A stretch of DNA of 64,000 nt from Eledone cirrhosa (Eukaryota), in NCBI GenBank assembly GCA_964016885.1, contig OZ024763.1, positions 12,090,001 through 12,154,000 of the forward strand. The letters run 5' to 3'. The notes beneath the pieces were generated by a model. That model was not told the origin of the DNA, ran no database searches, and saw nothing but the letters and a program-made list of their open reading frames with translations. The translations under genes were made by a program, and so were the position numbers. Of the stretch, positions 1 to 13,138 are shown in pieces (the first letter of the stretch is position 1; the number at the start of each line of letters is the position of its first letter).

Positions 1-408
1 CATACATACATACACATACCCACACATACATACACACACACACACATACATACATACATACACACACACGTACATATGCACACATACACAAACATACATA
101 CACATACTTACTGTTTTATAATTTTATTTTTCCTTTTGCTGTGTTTGTTTATCTTAAGGAAATCAACACACTCACCAAATCTATCAAATTTTTAGGGGGT
201 TCAGATATCATATTTAAGGTATTTCTAGTGTGTGTATATATATGCATGTATGTATGTATGTTGCGTGTGTATATACAACTGTTAAATTGCTTGAGTCTGT
301 TTATTTACTTAAATTGTTTAGATACGTACAAGCATGGCTGTACGTGTGTGTATACATGTATGTATATATATGTATATATGTGTGTGTTTATATGTGTGTG
401 TGTATATA

Positions 409-471
<63 letters not shown>

Positions 472-659
472 GAAGCTGCTTTCTCTCAGCCCACCCTGCC
501 AACTTCATCTTTCTTCTAACTTTACTGATGGTCCAATACATGGAAAACATTCATTTTCCTTTCTTAGTCTGTTTTTATCTTGAACTCTGTGTGTGTATGA
601 GTGTGTGTGTATGAGTGTGTATATGTGTGTATGTGTACATATGTGTATATATGTATAAG

Positions 660-915
660 TCTGTCTCCAGCCCAGAGACTCATCAGGCTGGTGCTTATCT
701 TGGTTTCCATATCATTTACTGAGAGTACAAGACTCCCCCCTTGGACAGGATACTGGTCCATTGCAGTATTAAGCCCCCAGTTATTGCCGGTACTCATTTC
801 CAGCTAAGTATACTGGAGCAATGTGAAGTGAAGTGTTTTGCTCAAGAACACAACACACAACTCAATCCAGGAATTGAACCCACAATGATGATAAGTCCAA
901 CACACTTATCACCTA
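660..915 (-). mobile_element. Old tRNA-derived CORE-type SINE remnant
   Basis: Reverse complement contains B-box-like GGTTCAATTCC and CORE-like GTTGTGTTCTTGAGCAAAACACTTCACTTCACATTGCTCCAG, shared with other SINE copies in the window. Confidence 0.7.
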
Positions 916-1110
916 GATGCAGGTCACATTGCTCCTCTTGCACTCCCAGCTTTCTTTAATTCCTCCCCTATTTTAAATTGTCACCTAATGATTTTCCCTG
1001 GAGCCCCATATTAACATGAACATAAGTGTTTAGTTTGGTTGTTCTGAGAGACCCTGGTCATATTCCTCTCCTTATAAGCCTATGTTATCTCATTATTCCT
1101 TCTTCTTCAT

Positions 1111-2310
1111 CCATTTATTCCTAAGATGGTCATGGGGTCAGACCTGAAACACCCCTTCTAGCAGGTCCTGTCAGAAGCCACCACCTCTGACCATTTATTC
1201 CTAAGATGGTCATGGGGTCAGACCTGAAACACCCCTTCTAGCAGGTCCTGTCAGAAGCCACCACCTCTGACCATTTATTCCTAAGATGGTCATGTGGTCA
1301 GACCTGAAACACCCCTTCTAGCAGGTCCTGTCAGAAGCCACCACCTCTGACCATTTATTCCTAAGATGGTCATGTGGTCAGACCTGAAACACCCCTTCTA
1401 GCAGGTCCTGTCAGAAGCCACCACCTCTGACCATTTATTCCTAAGATGGTCATGTGGTCAGACCTGAAACACCCCTTCTAGCAGGTCCTGTCAGAAGCCA
1501 CCACCTCTGACCATTTATTCCTAAGATGGTCATGTGGTCAGACCTGAAACACCCCTTCTAGCAGGTCCTGTCAGAAGCCACCACCTCTGACCATTTATTC
1601 CTAAGATGGTCATGTGGTCAGACCTGAAACACCCCTTCTAGCAGGTCCTGTCAGAAGCCACCACCTCTGACCATTTATTCCTAAGATGGTCATGTGGTCA
1701 GACCTGAAACACCCCTTCTAGCAGGTCCTGTCAGAAGCCACCACCTCTGACCATTTATTCCTAAGATGGTCATGTGGTCAGACCTGAAACACCCCTTCTA
1801 GCAGGTCCTGTCAGAAGCCACCACCTCTGACCATTTATTCCTAAGATGGTCATGTGGTCAGACCTGAAACACCCCTTCTAGCAGGTCCTGTCAGAAGCCA
1901 CCACCTCTGACCATTTATTCCTAAGATGGTCATGTGGTCAGACCTGAAACACCCCTTCTAGCAGGTCCTGTCAGAAGCCACCACCTCTGACCATTTATTC
2001 CTAAGATGGTCATGTGGTCAGACCTGAAACACCCCTTCTAGCAGGTCCTGTCAGAAGCCACCACCTCTGACCATTTATTCCTAAGATGGTCATGTGGTCA
2101 GACCTGAAACACCCCTTCTAGCAGGTCCTGTCAGAAGCCACCACCTCTGACCATTTATTCCTAAGATGGTCATGTGGTCAGACCTGAAACACCCCTTCTA
2201 GCAGGTCCTGTCAGAAGCCACCACCTCTGACCATTTATTCTTAAGATGGTCATGTGGTCAGACCTGAAACACCCCTTCTAGCAGGTCCTGTCAGAAGCCA
2301 CCACCTCTGA
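1111..2310. repeat. 80-bp tandem repeat, exactly 15 near-identical copies
   Basis: Unit CCATTTATTCCTAAGATGGTCATGTGGTCAGACCTGAAACACCCCTTCTAGCAGGTCCTGTCAGAAGCCACCACCTCTGA starts every 80 nt from 1111; first two copies have a T>G variant and the last a C>T variant. Confidence 0.97.
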
Positions 2311-2669
2311 TCTAGCTCCACCAATCTGTCCTGCAGTAAAGATACTATAAACATTTGCCTGTTTTTAGATATATTTTCTCTTAAATTATAAGATGTAAAG
2401 AGTTAATATCAATTTGATACTCTGTCAATTCTAACAACAACAACTACAACAACAACAACTACGACAACGACAACGACAACAACTACAACAACGACAACGA
2501 CAACTATTTCTCTTAAAGATGATAATTATAATTGGAGAGTGAGAAAGAGAAAGAGGGAGGACAAATTATAAATTAGTCTGGATGTAAAAAATAATAAAAT
2601 TCTGTTTCCATGTCTTCAATAATCAAATAAATACTTGATTGATTATATATATATATATATATATACATG

Positions 2670-2737
<68 letters not shown>

Positions 2738-2800
2738 CAAACTTAACATTTCTGACATTTATTTAATTTTCATTAAATTATAAAATAATTTTCGTAATAA

Positions 2801-3204
2801 TAATTGTTTCCACTTTTGGCACAAGGCCAGCAATTACCCCAGTGCGTTACTGGTACTTTATTTTATCGACCCCGTAAGGATGAAAGGCAAAGTTAACCTC
2901 GGCGGGATTTGAACTCAGATCATAAAGGAGGGTAACTCTATGCTTCAAAGCATGGCGTCCGACCCTCTACCGATACTGCCAATCCACCAGTAATAGTTTC
3001 TTATATAGGCACAAGGCTAGCAATTTTGGGGGAGGGGAAAGTCGATTAAATCGACCCCAGTGTATTACTGGTACTTTATTTTATCGACCCCGTAAAGATG
3101 AAAGGCAAAGCTAACCTCGGCGAGATTTGAACTCAGAACGTAAAGGGCCATAACTCTCTCCTACGAAGCAAAGTGTCCGATGCTCTACAAATACTGCCAG
3201 TCCA
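2801..3204 (-). mobile_element. Two tandem tRNA-derived SINEs (family B, Meta-domain-like body)
   Basis: Reverse complement shows head TGGATTGGCAGTATCGGTAG, B-box GAGTTCAAATCC and body GAGGTTAACTTTGCCTTTCATCCTTACGGGGTCGATAAAATAAAGTACCAG; copies at 2801-2988 and 2991-3204. Confidence 0.85.
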
Positions 3205-3259
3205 AATAATAATAAAGATGGTGGTAATGATGTTGTACCTCTGTTGCTTCTGCCTCCAA

Positions 3260-3527
3260 GTGTTCCAGTTGTTTGAGCAATGGGACAGCTTGCTCATGAA
3301 ATGGATGTGCATGTGAGTGGCTGAGCATTCCACAGACGACATGTGTAGCCATAACTCTGAGAGGTGGGGATTCGGTGTGACAAAGCTGACCCTTTCAATC
3401 CCAGATACAACTCATTTGTGCCAGCTGGACTTAAAAGCAAAGTGAATATAAAGTGACTTGCTCAAGGACACAACACACTCTTGGGTCTTCAACTCACAAC
3501 TTTATGATGAATTGAGCCATTCACCTC
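3260..3527 (-). mobile_element. Diverged CORE-type SINE
   Basis: Contains AAAGTGACTTGCTCAAGGACACAAC (reverse CORE-like block) and a decayed tRNA head. Confidence 0.65.
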
Positions 3528-3627
3528 ACTGATTATAATGACAATGATGATGATGATGATGATGACAAAATTAATTGATTTTTTTTTTTTATACCTATAT
3601 ATCTGTTAGTCTATATATATATATATA

Positions 3628-3795
3628 TAGGAACGAGTAGGACCCCGACGGCTAATTCAGTCCAGAATTAGCCGTCGAAACGGCTTGAGCTCAGCCGTTG
3701 GGGTCCTACTCGTTCCTATTACCCACTCTACTACCCTAAGTATTGAGAACTTTGGTGCGTTATGGTCCACCTGGTTCCTTACCACATTTCCTTCG

Positions 3796-3797
<2 letters not shown>
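3628..3797 (+). mobile_element. Short Penelope-like pLTR fragment, family P1, with inverted 5' piece
   Basis: Dispersed copies at 8975-9100, 28734-28790, 44113-44313, 44935-45080, 51781-51925, 58268-58310 and 63243-63435; contains GAAA-CGGCT/AGCCG stem-UH (3' half of a hammerhead); flanked by (TA)n. Confidence 0.6.
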
Positions 3798-3828
<31 letters not shown>

Positions 3829-3949
3829 GGAGATGAGTTTTATTGTAGTACAATAAAGCAATGCAAATATCGGATAAGTAGCACTCTACAGTTTGTAGGA
3901 CTGGAGTATAAATAATATAAGATCAAAAGATGGTTAAAAGAGTTCCAAG

Positions 3950-4020
3950 TATTTTATTATGCACATTTCAAAAACAAATACCATCATGGGATGATATCTG
4001 CGTTCTCATCAGATAAAATA
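3950..4020 (-). ncRNA. Type I minimal hammerhead ribozyme (mirror copy)
   Basis: Exact reverse complement of 4145-4215. Confidence 0.8.
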
Positions 4021-4144
4021 GGGAGACATGATATGAAGGTTAAAAAACACTTGTGAATAGTGAAGTTTTAAATCAACATATCTATATGTTGATTTAAAAC
4101 TTCACTATTCACAAGTGTTTTTTAACCTTCATATCATGTCTCCC

Positions 4145-4215
4145 TATTTTATCTGATGAGAACGCAGATATCATCCCATGATGGTATTTGTTTTTGAAAT
4201 GTGCATAATAAAATA
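4145..4215 (+). ncRNA. Type I minimal hammerhead ribozyme
   Basis: Stem I TATTTTAT/ATAAAATA (8 bp), CTGATGA 4153-4159, 16-position stem II with one mismatch and CCAT loop, GAAA 4196-4199, stem III T-GTGC-A, AUA cleavage triplet. Confidence 0.82.
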
Positions 4216-4260
4216 CTTGGAACTCTTTTAACCATCTTTTGATCTTATATTATATATATA

Positions 4261-4523
4261 GTTGTTTCCTTGAGCAAGACACTTTATTTCACATTGCTCC
4301 AGTTTACTCAGCTGTAGAAATGAGATGATAGGGACTGGGGTCCCTATCATTCCACTGCAAAGTAGTCGTGAAGGTCCCACGGCAAAAAAGCACCCAGCAC
4401 TCACTGTAAATGAGGTGGGTGTTAGGAAGGGCATCCAGCTGTAGAAATCAAGCTAGAATCAGTTCCCGTCCCACCCTTGCAAGCAGGGAAAATCGGACGT
4501 ATGATGATGATGATGATGATGAT
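4261..4523 (+). mobile_element. 5'-truncated SINE family A (CORE-like body plus RTE-derived tail)
   Basis: CCTTGAGCAAGACACTTT core, GGAAGGGCATCCAGCTGTAGAAA block, tail CCCACCCTTGCAAGCAGGGAAAA..GGACGT(ATG)n. Confidence 0.85.
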
Positions 4524-4559
4524 GTACATATCTAGTATGTATCTGTATATATATATATA

Positions 4560-4735
4560 ATTTAATATAGAAATGGCTTTTACAGGACTAGAACTGTTTT
4601 ATTCAAAGGAAATCATCAAAGCTTTCCTGATGATTTCCCTCGAATGAAACAGTTCTAGTCCTGTAGAAGCCATTTCTATATTAAATGTTATATGTATATA
4701 GTTACCAATGTATTGATTAAACCCGGGACTCACAC
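4560..4735 (+). mobile_element. Penelope-like pLTR fragment, family P2, inverted-duplicated, degenerate hammerhead core
   Basis: About 58-bp inverted arms; CTGATGA 4627-4633, GAAAC 4646-4650, GTC 4658-4660; copies at 10643-10838, 30302-30400, 43160-43330, 46748-46793 and 62670-62850. Confidence 0.6.
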
Positions 4736-4989
4736 ATATATCTCTGTATGTGTATCTATTTATGTCAGTCGCTGTGTATGTGTGTGTCTATGTGAGTATG
4801 TATAATTGAGTGTTTGTGTGTTTATATGTGTGTGTGAGGTCGGATGTTGAAGTAATGGTGAGGGGAGAAAGTGGGGAGGGGTGCTGGTTAAGTAATAGTG
4901 ATGATGGTAGTGATGGTTAACTGATGGTTAACTGATAGTGTTTATGAGGCTGGTTGGGTTGTGGTGAGAAGTAATGATGATAGTTCTGT

Positions 4990-5360
4990 GGATGGTTCAG
5001 TTATGGTGATGGTGGTATTGATGGTGATGGTGGTAATGATGGTGATGGTTAAGTTATGGTGATGGTGGTATTGATGGTGATGGTTAAGTTATGGTGATGG
5101 TGGTATTGATGGTGATGGTGGTAATGATGGTGATGGTGGTATTGGTGGTGATGGTGGTAATGATGGTGATGGTTAAGTTATGGTGATGGTGGTAATGATG
5201 GTGATGGTTAAGTTATGGTGATGGTGGTATTGATGGTGATGGTTAAGTTATGGTGATGGTGGTATTGATGGTGATGGTTAAGTTATGGTGATGGTGGTAT
5301 TGATGGTGATGGTTAAGTTATGGTGATGGTGGTATTGATGGTGATGGTTAAGTTATGGTG
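4990..5360. repeat. (GGTGAT)-rich minisatellite
   Basis: Repeating GGTGATGGTTAAGTTATGGTGATGGTGGTATTGAT units. Confidence 0.9.
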
Positions 5361-6369
5361 AAGTAATGATGAAGTAATGATGTGGATGGTTGTTGAAAAA
5401 TGTTCAGCATTCAACTAAACTAATAATTCTCTCCGTCTCTCTCTTTTTCTCGCTCTTTTCCCCTCTCTCTCCTCTCTTCCCCCCTCCCTCCTCTCTTTCC
5501 CTCTCTCTTTCCCTCTCTTTCTCCTTCAAATAACATTACATGATGATATATAAATTAGTTTCTTCCTTCTTTCCTTCCTCTCCTCTTTTCTTTCCTTCGT
5601 TAAATATTGGCATCTTTCTAATTTGAAAATATGTCTTACAACATATAATGTCTGTCTACTACGTCTCATTACACACACACACACACACAGACATAGACAG
5701 ACACAGACAGATACACATACACACACAGCTACACATACACACACAGCTACACATATACATACACACTGTCTCACATAGTCACACACAACTACACATATAC
5801 ATACACACTCTCATAGTCACACACAGCTACACATATACATACACACTCTCACACATAGTCACATACAGCTACACATATACATACACACTGTCTCATATAG
5901 TCACTCACAGCTACACATATACATACACACTGTCTCACATAGTCACACACAGCTACACATATACATACACACACATACATACACATATACATACACACAT
6001 ATGCATACACACTCTCACATACACACATATACATACACACTCTCACATACACACATATACATACACACTCTCACACACACAGTCACACACAGCTACACAT
6101 ATACATACACACTCTCACACACAGTCACACACAGCTACACATATACATACACACTGTCTCATATAGACACAGACAGCTACACATATACATACACACATAT
6201 ACATACACACTGTCTCACATATAGTCACACACATACATACACACATATACATACACACACATACATACACACATATACAGACACACTCTCACATATAGAC
6301 ACACACCACATCAGACACTCTACCTCATACTCCTTGTGTTTCTTCCTCTTTCCCAACCTATTATAATAA

Positions 6370-6560
6370 GAACGGTGGGTTGGCAGAATCGGTAGAGCAT
6401 CAGACACCATGCTTTGCAGCAGAGTCATGGCCCTTTACATTCTGAGTTCACATCCTGCTGAGGTTAGCTTTGCTTTCCATCCTTACGTGGTCGATAAAAA
6501 TAAAGTACCAGTAATGTACTGGGTAATTGCTGGCCTTGTGCCTAAAGTAGAAACAATTAT
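6370..6560 (+). mobile_element. SINE family B
   Basis: TTGGCAGAATCGGTAG head, GAGTTCACATCC B-box, GCTTTCCATCCTTACGTGGTCGATAAAA body. Confidence 0.85.
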
Positions 6561-6840
6561 TATTGTTGTTCTTGTTAGTGTTACTTTGGTTATGAAATAT
6601 ATATAAGGCAGTGATGTGCTGGTGGCAGGACAAAAGCACCCAGTCCACCCTGTGAGGTTGTAGTGTTGGAATCACAATATAATATTGCCAGTAGCTGCTG
6701 TAAAGTGGTTGATACTAGAAAAGGTACTCTTCCATAGATACTATGCCAAAAATGGAACATATATATGTCATGGTTGTCTCATTAGTCTAGCCACAAAACG
6801 TGACAGCCTGTCTAGTCTGATCAATGATGATGATGATTAT

Positions 6841-7455
6841 GAGGCACATGGCTTAGTGGTTAGAGCATTGGCCTTGCAATCGAAAGGTTGTGAGTTCAAT
6901 TCTCAGACCGGGTGATGTGTTGTTTCCTTGAGCAAGACACTTTATTTCACATTGCTCCAGTTTACTCAGCTGTAGAAATGAGATGATAGGGACTGGGGTC
7001 CCTATCATTCCACTGCAAAGTGGTCGTGGAGGCGCCACGGCAAAAAAGCACCCAGCCCACACTGCAAAGTGGTCGTGGAGGTGCCACGGCAAAAAAGCAC
7101 CCAGCCCACACTGTAAAGTGGTCGTGGAGGTGCCATGGCAAAAAAGCACCCAGCCCACACTGTAAAGTGGTCGTGGAGGTGCCACGGCAAAAAAAGCACC
7201 CAGCCCACACTGTAAAGTGGTCGTGGAGGTGCCACGGCAAAAAAGCACCCAGCACTCACTGTAAAGTGGTCGTGGAGGTGCCACGGCAAAAAAAGCACCC
7301 AGCCCACACTGTAAAGTGGTCGTGGAGGTGCCACGGCAAAAAAGCACCCAGTACTCACTGTAAATGAGGTTGGTGTTAGGAAGGGCATCCAGCTGTAGAA
7401 ATCAAGCCAGAATCAGTTCCCGTCCCACCCTTGCAAGCGATGATGATGATGATGA
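6841..7455 (+). mobile_element. Full-length SINE family A with 7x internal 49-bp tandem amplification
   Basis: A-box TGGCTTAGTGG, B-box GAGTTCAATTC, CORE-like block, units starting 7011, 7060, 7109, 7158, 7208, 7257 and 7307, RTE-type tail and (GAT)n. Confidence 0.9.
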
Positions 7456-7834
7456 TATATATATATATAAAATCCACCTGGTTGTTGTGGGGCTGATAAT
7501 GCTAGAACTCAATGTGTCCTTGAAAGGACAGTTGCTGCGAGACTCGGCAGAGTGACCAGTAGTCTTTGTAGTAGGTGATCGCTGTCTAAGGTATTCTCAA
7601 AGGAAATCAGTCCGGGTTACAGAGTTATTGACATATATGTGTTTGGAGGGCAGCCAATTGAAGAAGGTTTTCGAGACTAGTAATGGGTAGTAACTTAACC
7701 ACTAACATTCTAGTCGGTACATTGATCTCCACTGATCAATCAATCCTCTGAAACGATTGTAAAACAATGAACTCTCTACCTACACCTGACTTCTGTTTTT
7801 ATTGTTCTATGCACACATACACACACTCACACTC

Positions 7835-7867
<33 letters not shown>

Positions 7868-8353
7868 TATATATAGAGAGAGAGTGTGTGTGTGTGTGTG
7901 TGTGTGTGTATAGTTTATTATAGCTGATCTAGTAGCCTGTTATTCTAGTTCCTCAAACTATTAAAAACCATCTCCCCTCCCTCTACTGGTATTCTGATCC
8001 TCCAGAATATAAAGTCTGAAGTATAGCAGTCAAACCTTATCACTGTTTCAACCTCCATTCCACTCCAACTTTCACTCCACTCCGACCCTCACTCCACTCC
8101 AACCTCCACTCCACTCCTGCCCTCCATAATGGTGATAATAATCAACTATTTCTATTCTTAGATAAATATATATGGTTGAGCTAAAGAGGTTCCTCTTATC
8201 TCTGTCATGTGTCTATATATATGTAGGTGTATATAGATGTGTGTGTATGTGTGTAGTTGTGTGTACATGTTTGTATAAATGTGGGTGTGTATGTATACAT
8301 ATATAGATGTGTGTGTATGTCTATTTGTATATATGTAGCTATGTATATATATA

Positions 8354-8972
8354 CATGGCTTAGTGGTTAGAACATTGGTCTTGCAATCGAAAGGTTGAAA
8401 GTTCAATTCTCAGACCGGGTGATGTGTTGTTTCCTTGAGCAAGACACTTTATTTCAAATTGCTCCAGTTTACTCGGCTGTAGAAATGAGATGATAGGGAC
8501 TGGGGTTCATATCATTCCACTGTAAAGTGGTCGTGGGGGTGCCAAGGCAAAAAAGCACTCAGCCCACACTGTAAAGTGGTTGTGGAGATGCCACGGCAAA
8601 AAAGCACCCAGCGCTCACTGTAAAGTGGTTGTGGAGGTGCCACGGCAAAAAAGCACCCAGCGCTCACTGTAAAGTGGTTGTGGAGGTGCCACGGAAAAAA
8701 AAAGCACCCAGCCCACACTGTAAAGTGGTTGTGGAGATGCCACGGCAAAAAAGCACCCAGCGCTCACTGTAAAGTGGTTGTGGAGGTGCCACGGCAAAAA
8801 AGCACCCAGCACTCACTGTAAAGTGGACATGGAGGTGCCACGGAAAAAAAGCACCCAGCCCATACTGTAAAGTGGTTGTGGAGGAAGGGCATCCAGCTGT
8901 AGAAATCAAGCCAGAATCAGTTCCCGTCCCACCCTTGCAAGCAGGGAAAAGCGGACGTAAAATGATAATGAT
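8354..8972 (+). mobile_element. Full-length SINE family A with about 7x internal 49-bp amplification
   Basis: Same head, core and tail as the 6841 copy; units from 8518 to about 8880 mostly carry the GTTGTG variant. Confidence 0.9.
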
Positions 8973-9100
8973 AGGAAAATGTTCAAGACCCCGACGGCAG
9001 AGCTCAAGCGGTTTTGGCGGCTATTTCTTGACATTTAGAAACATTTCCTATTACCCACTCTACTACCCTAAGTATTGAGTACTCTTACCACACTTCCTTC

Positions 9101-9212
<112 letters not shown>

Positions 9213-9476
9213 TATATATATGAACAAACGAGCAACGGTGGTTGCTAGACACTACGGCTTAATACGGGATGTTTGTTTACAAACACACCGAGCATTATAA
9301 TAAATGTTTGATGAATCCATACGTACATATATATATGTGTGCATGTATGTATATATATAATATATACATACTACTGTGCGTCTGTATACATATATGTATG
9401 TACGTATACATACTTATATATATATATGTATGTACGTATACATACTTATATATATATATGTATGTACGTATACATA

Positions 9477-9556
<80 letters not shown>

Positions 9557-10839
9557 TATATGTATGTATACACATATATTTGTATACCTCTCATTATATA
9601 TATATATGTGTGTCTGTATATATGTGGGTGTATATATGTGTCTATGTATCTGTGCATATATGTGTCTATATCTGTGTGTATGTGTGTGTTTATATCTTTG
9701 TGTGTGTATGTCCATGTATGTATGTATGTATGTATGTATGTATGTGTGTGTCTAAACTAGCAAGGAGGGTCCCTATGTAATACTGGGTACTAGCTAGGTG
9801 GTGGTGGTGAGAGGCAGGTAGGTGGGTGGTTAAGTACCCCCACCCCCTCCTATCTCTGTAATACTGGGTGTTAGCAAGGTGGGGGTGGTGGTGTCAGGTA
9901 GGGTATGTTAGGGGGTGTAGCTACCCTCCCCCAATGTAATACTGGGTGTTAGCAGTATGTTTTATTATCTACAATTACACCAGTAGGAGATTAACAAGTT
10001 AAATCTTGTCAGTGATACTTCACTGTACCCCTCTTCTACCATACCCTGCCATCACCACACACACACACACATACATACCAACTGACACAGACACACACAC
10101 ACACATACAAACTGACACACACATATATACCAACTGACATACACACACACATACAAACTGAGACACACACACATATGATACAAACTGACACAGACACACA
10201 CACACACATACAAACTGACACACACATATATACCAACTGACACACACACACACATACAAACTGAGACACACACACATATGATACAAACTGACACAGACAC
10301 ACACACACACACGTACAAACTGACACACACACACACACATACAAACTGACACAGACACACACACACACATACAAACTGACACAGACACACACACGCATAC
10401 AAACTGACACACACATACACACTGACACACACACACACACGTACAAACTGACACACACACACACATACAAACTGACACACACACACATACAAACTGACAC
10501 ACACACACACAAACTGACACAGACACACACACACATACAAACTGACACACACAGACACACACACACACCCACACATACAAACTGACACACACACATATGA
10601 TACACACACACACACACATATATATATTTATATATAAAAAAAATTTAATATAGAAATGGCTTCTACAGGACTAGAACTGTTTCATTCGAAGGAAATCATC
10701 AGGAAAGCCCTGGGATTCGAATGAAACAGTTCTAGTCCTGTAGACGCCATTTTTATATTAAATTTTGTTGTATACACTCTACTAATGTATTGAGTACCTT
10801 ACTAACTATGGCTACCCCCAATTGAACCCGGGACTCACA

Positions 10840-10873
<34 letters not shown>

Positions 10874-11587
10874 TATATATATATAAACGCATACAGTTCT
10901 GCATTGTAAAATCAAATGGTGTTAGTGGTGTTGGTTCTGGTAGTTGTGGTGATGGTGTTGGGAGTTGTGGTGGGTATTCTAGTGGTGGTGGTGGTGGGGG
11001 GGGGATTCTAGTGTCCATGATGGTGGTGGTGGTGTTGGTTCTGGAAGTTTTGGTTTGATAGTGGTGTTAGTGGTAATAGTAGTTTGGTATTGAAAGGGTC
11101 TTATCTCAGATATTTTAAGTGATCTTTTATGACCAAACTTTATCTCTTCTTTATGTCATTCCTTCCATAAGAGAGTTCCTTCCCTCCTTATTTCTTTCCC
11201 TTCTTTCTTTGTTGATCCCTTAACTCTTAATGACGTCTCAGGGGCGCCATCATGACATATGATATGTCTTTCATGTTTGAAAGATGTGTTTATGTTTACT
11301 GTTTGTTTATGTCTCCCTGATGGTACAGGATTTACAAATGGCCTGGTTATGGTTTAGTTTGCAGTTCAGAGCCTCATAGTCCACAGGGCCTCATCCTATT
11401 TAAAATATATGTTAAATATATATATATATTCACCTTTAAAACAGAATGATCACATGCGTGCGCTGTGTATTTTATATCAGGCTTATCTATAAAATAATCT
11501 GAGAAACTGAACTGTAAAGATTATTTTAAAATATAATGAAAGCCACTTTAGTTTCTGTTAAGAATATTTTAATTGTTATTAAATAGA

Positions 11588-12564
11588 CTAGCAGAAATTT
11601 CAATTACTATCAGAAAAACCACCCTTTGGATGGTTTTCTGATAGCATGTGTAGTGTGTATATTGGTATTATACACATGTATATATACATGTAGATATAAT
11701 ACATCAAATAAAATCGTAATTGACAATATACACAGAAATTGAAGAAAGACTGCGTTACACTGTCTTCTGTAAACAGTAAAGTAATCCATGATACTTTTAA
11801 AAGAGATGATATTATATATAAACTGCATTACGGTGAAATGTTATGAAAACGAAAAAGGAGAAAATTAGCGACGGAAATATAAACGTTATGATATAACTTT
11901 CTACTTTTGGCACAAGGCCAGCAATTATCGCAGTACATTACCGGTACTTTATTTTATCGACCCCGTAAGGATGAAAGGCAAAGTTAACCTCGGCGGGATT
12001 TGAACTCAGACCGTAAAGGGACGTAACTATGCTGGAAAGCATGTCCGACCCTCTACCGATACTGCCAATTCACCGCAACGATGTAAATATATGAATGTTT
12101 ATATAAGTGACATAATATAGCATCCATTATAACATAACTGAAAGTATTGACATTTGAAAATTTTAAAAGAAGTAAATCTTAAAATAAGAAATAATTATAT
12201 ATAAAAATATTCTGGTTTAATCAACAGCTACGAAATTTAGTAGATAAATTATGTAATATTCATTCATTATTTATTCAAAGTAATGGGCGGTGGATTGGCA
12301 GTATCGGTAGAGGGTCGGACGCCATGCTTTCCAGCATAGTTACGTCCCTTTACGGTCTGAGTTCAAATCCCGCCGAGGTTAACTTTGCCTTTCATCCTTA
12401 CGTGGTCGATAAAATAAAGTACCAGTAATGTACTGGGTATTTGATGGGCTTGTGCCAAAAGTGGAAACAATTATTTATTCAAAGTAATCCAACTTATTTT
12501 ACTAACGACATAAAAAAATATATTCAGGATGCAGTCCCACACTTCTCCCTTTATTATATTATGA
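11588..12564 (-). mobile_element. Non-autonomous Helitron with two nested family-B SINEs
   Basis: On minus strand A|TC start at 12564, subterminal hairpin 11607-11644, CTAG|T end at 11588; homologous to 58430-58946; SINEs at 11898-12076 and 12286-12473 (TSD TTATTCAAAGTAAT). Confidence 0.72.
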
Positions 12565-12693
12565 TTTATGTATGTTAGAATGTCACCTGTTTTAGAGGTG
12601 GGCATGGATAGAATCTCAGCTGTTTTATGTGTGGATGAGGGTCAAAAATGTTTTATCTAGCTGGTGGGGATCAGAAATGTTCTCTATCTAACT

Positions 12694-12929
12694 CAGTGTT
12701 TCCCAACCTTTTGTGCCCCATATCCCACCTCAACATCTAAACCAGTGATGGTCAACTACAGAGTGTAAACAAATTGGTGTATGGGTGATGCCAGATGTAC
12801 AATAACGTGTGGAGGAGATGACACACGTGTTTCCCACAGTAGTTTGTTCCAAATCATTTTCAAATTGCCCCCTTCAATATTCAAATTGATCCCCTGTAGG
12901 GTGTGTGTGCCCTACATTGGGAATCATTG
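12694..12929. mobile_element. hAT (Charlie/Buster-type) MITE
   Basis: TIR CAGTGTTTCCCAA / TTGGGAATCATTG; 8-bp TSD ATCTAACT vs ATTTAACT. Confidence 0.75.
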
Positions 12930-13138
12930 ATTTAACTGAAGGTACCTAGTTGCTTGAATCTTGGCCGTGTCATTAGGTATCACCTCTGTTTTAGAGATTG
13001 GTATGGATGGATTGACTGGAACATCAACATCATTTTCTGTGTAGGTTTATATTCATGTACTTATAGTTTATATATAAGTTTCTTGTAAGCAAAGGTTTCA
13101 GGTCCCAAATGTTCTTTAGCTCTGGGCCCTTAGCTGCT

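Larger units (their letters stand above)
3912..4253. repeat. Perfect 170-bp inverted repeat with 2-nt spacer (family P6 pLTR, tail-to-tail)
   Basis: Arms 3912-4081 and 4084-4253 are exact reverse complements by eye; a single diverged copy lies at 40562-40697. Confidence 0.93.

Noticed and set aside
1111-2310. CRISPR array
   Set aside because: Units are contiguous and identical, with no unique spacers and no cas genes; eukaryotic context
6841-6910. tRNA gene
   Set aside because: A and B boxes belong to a SINE head; no complete cloverleaf or terminator
7655-7765. Hammerhead-like TTGAAGA...GAAACG
   Set aside because: Core mutated and stems not convincing by eye
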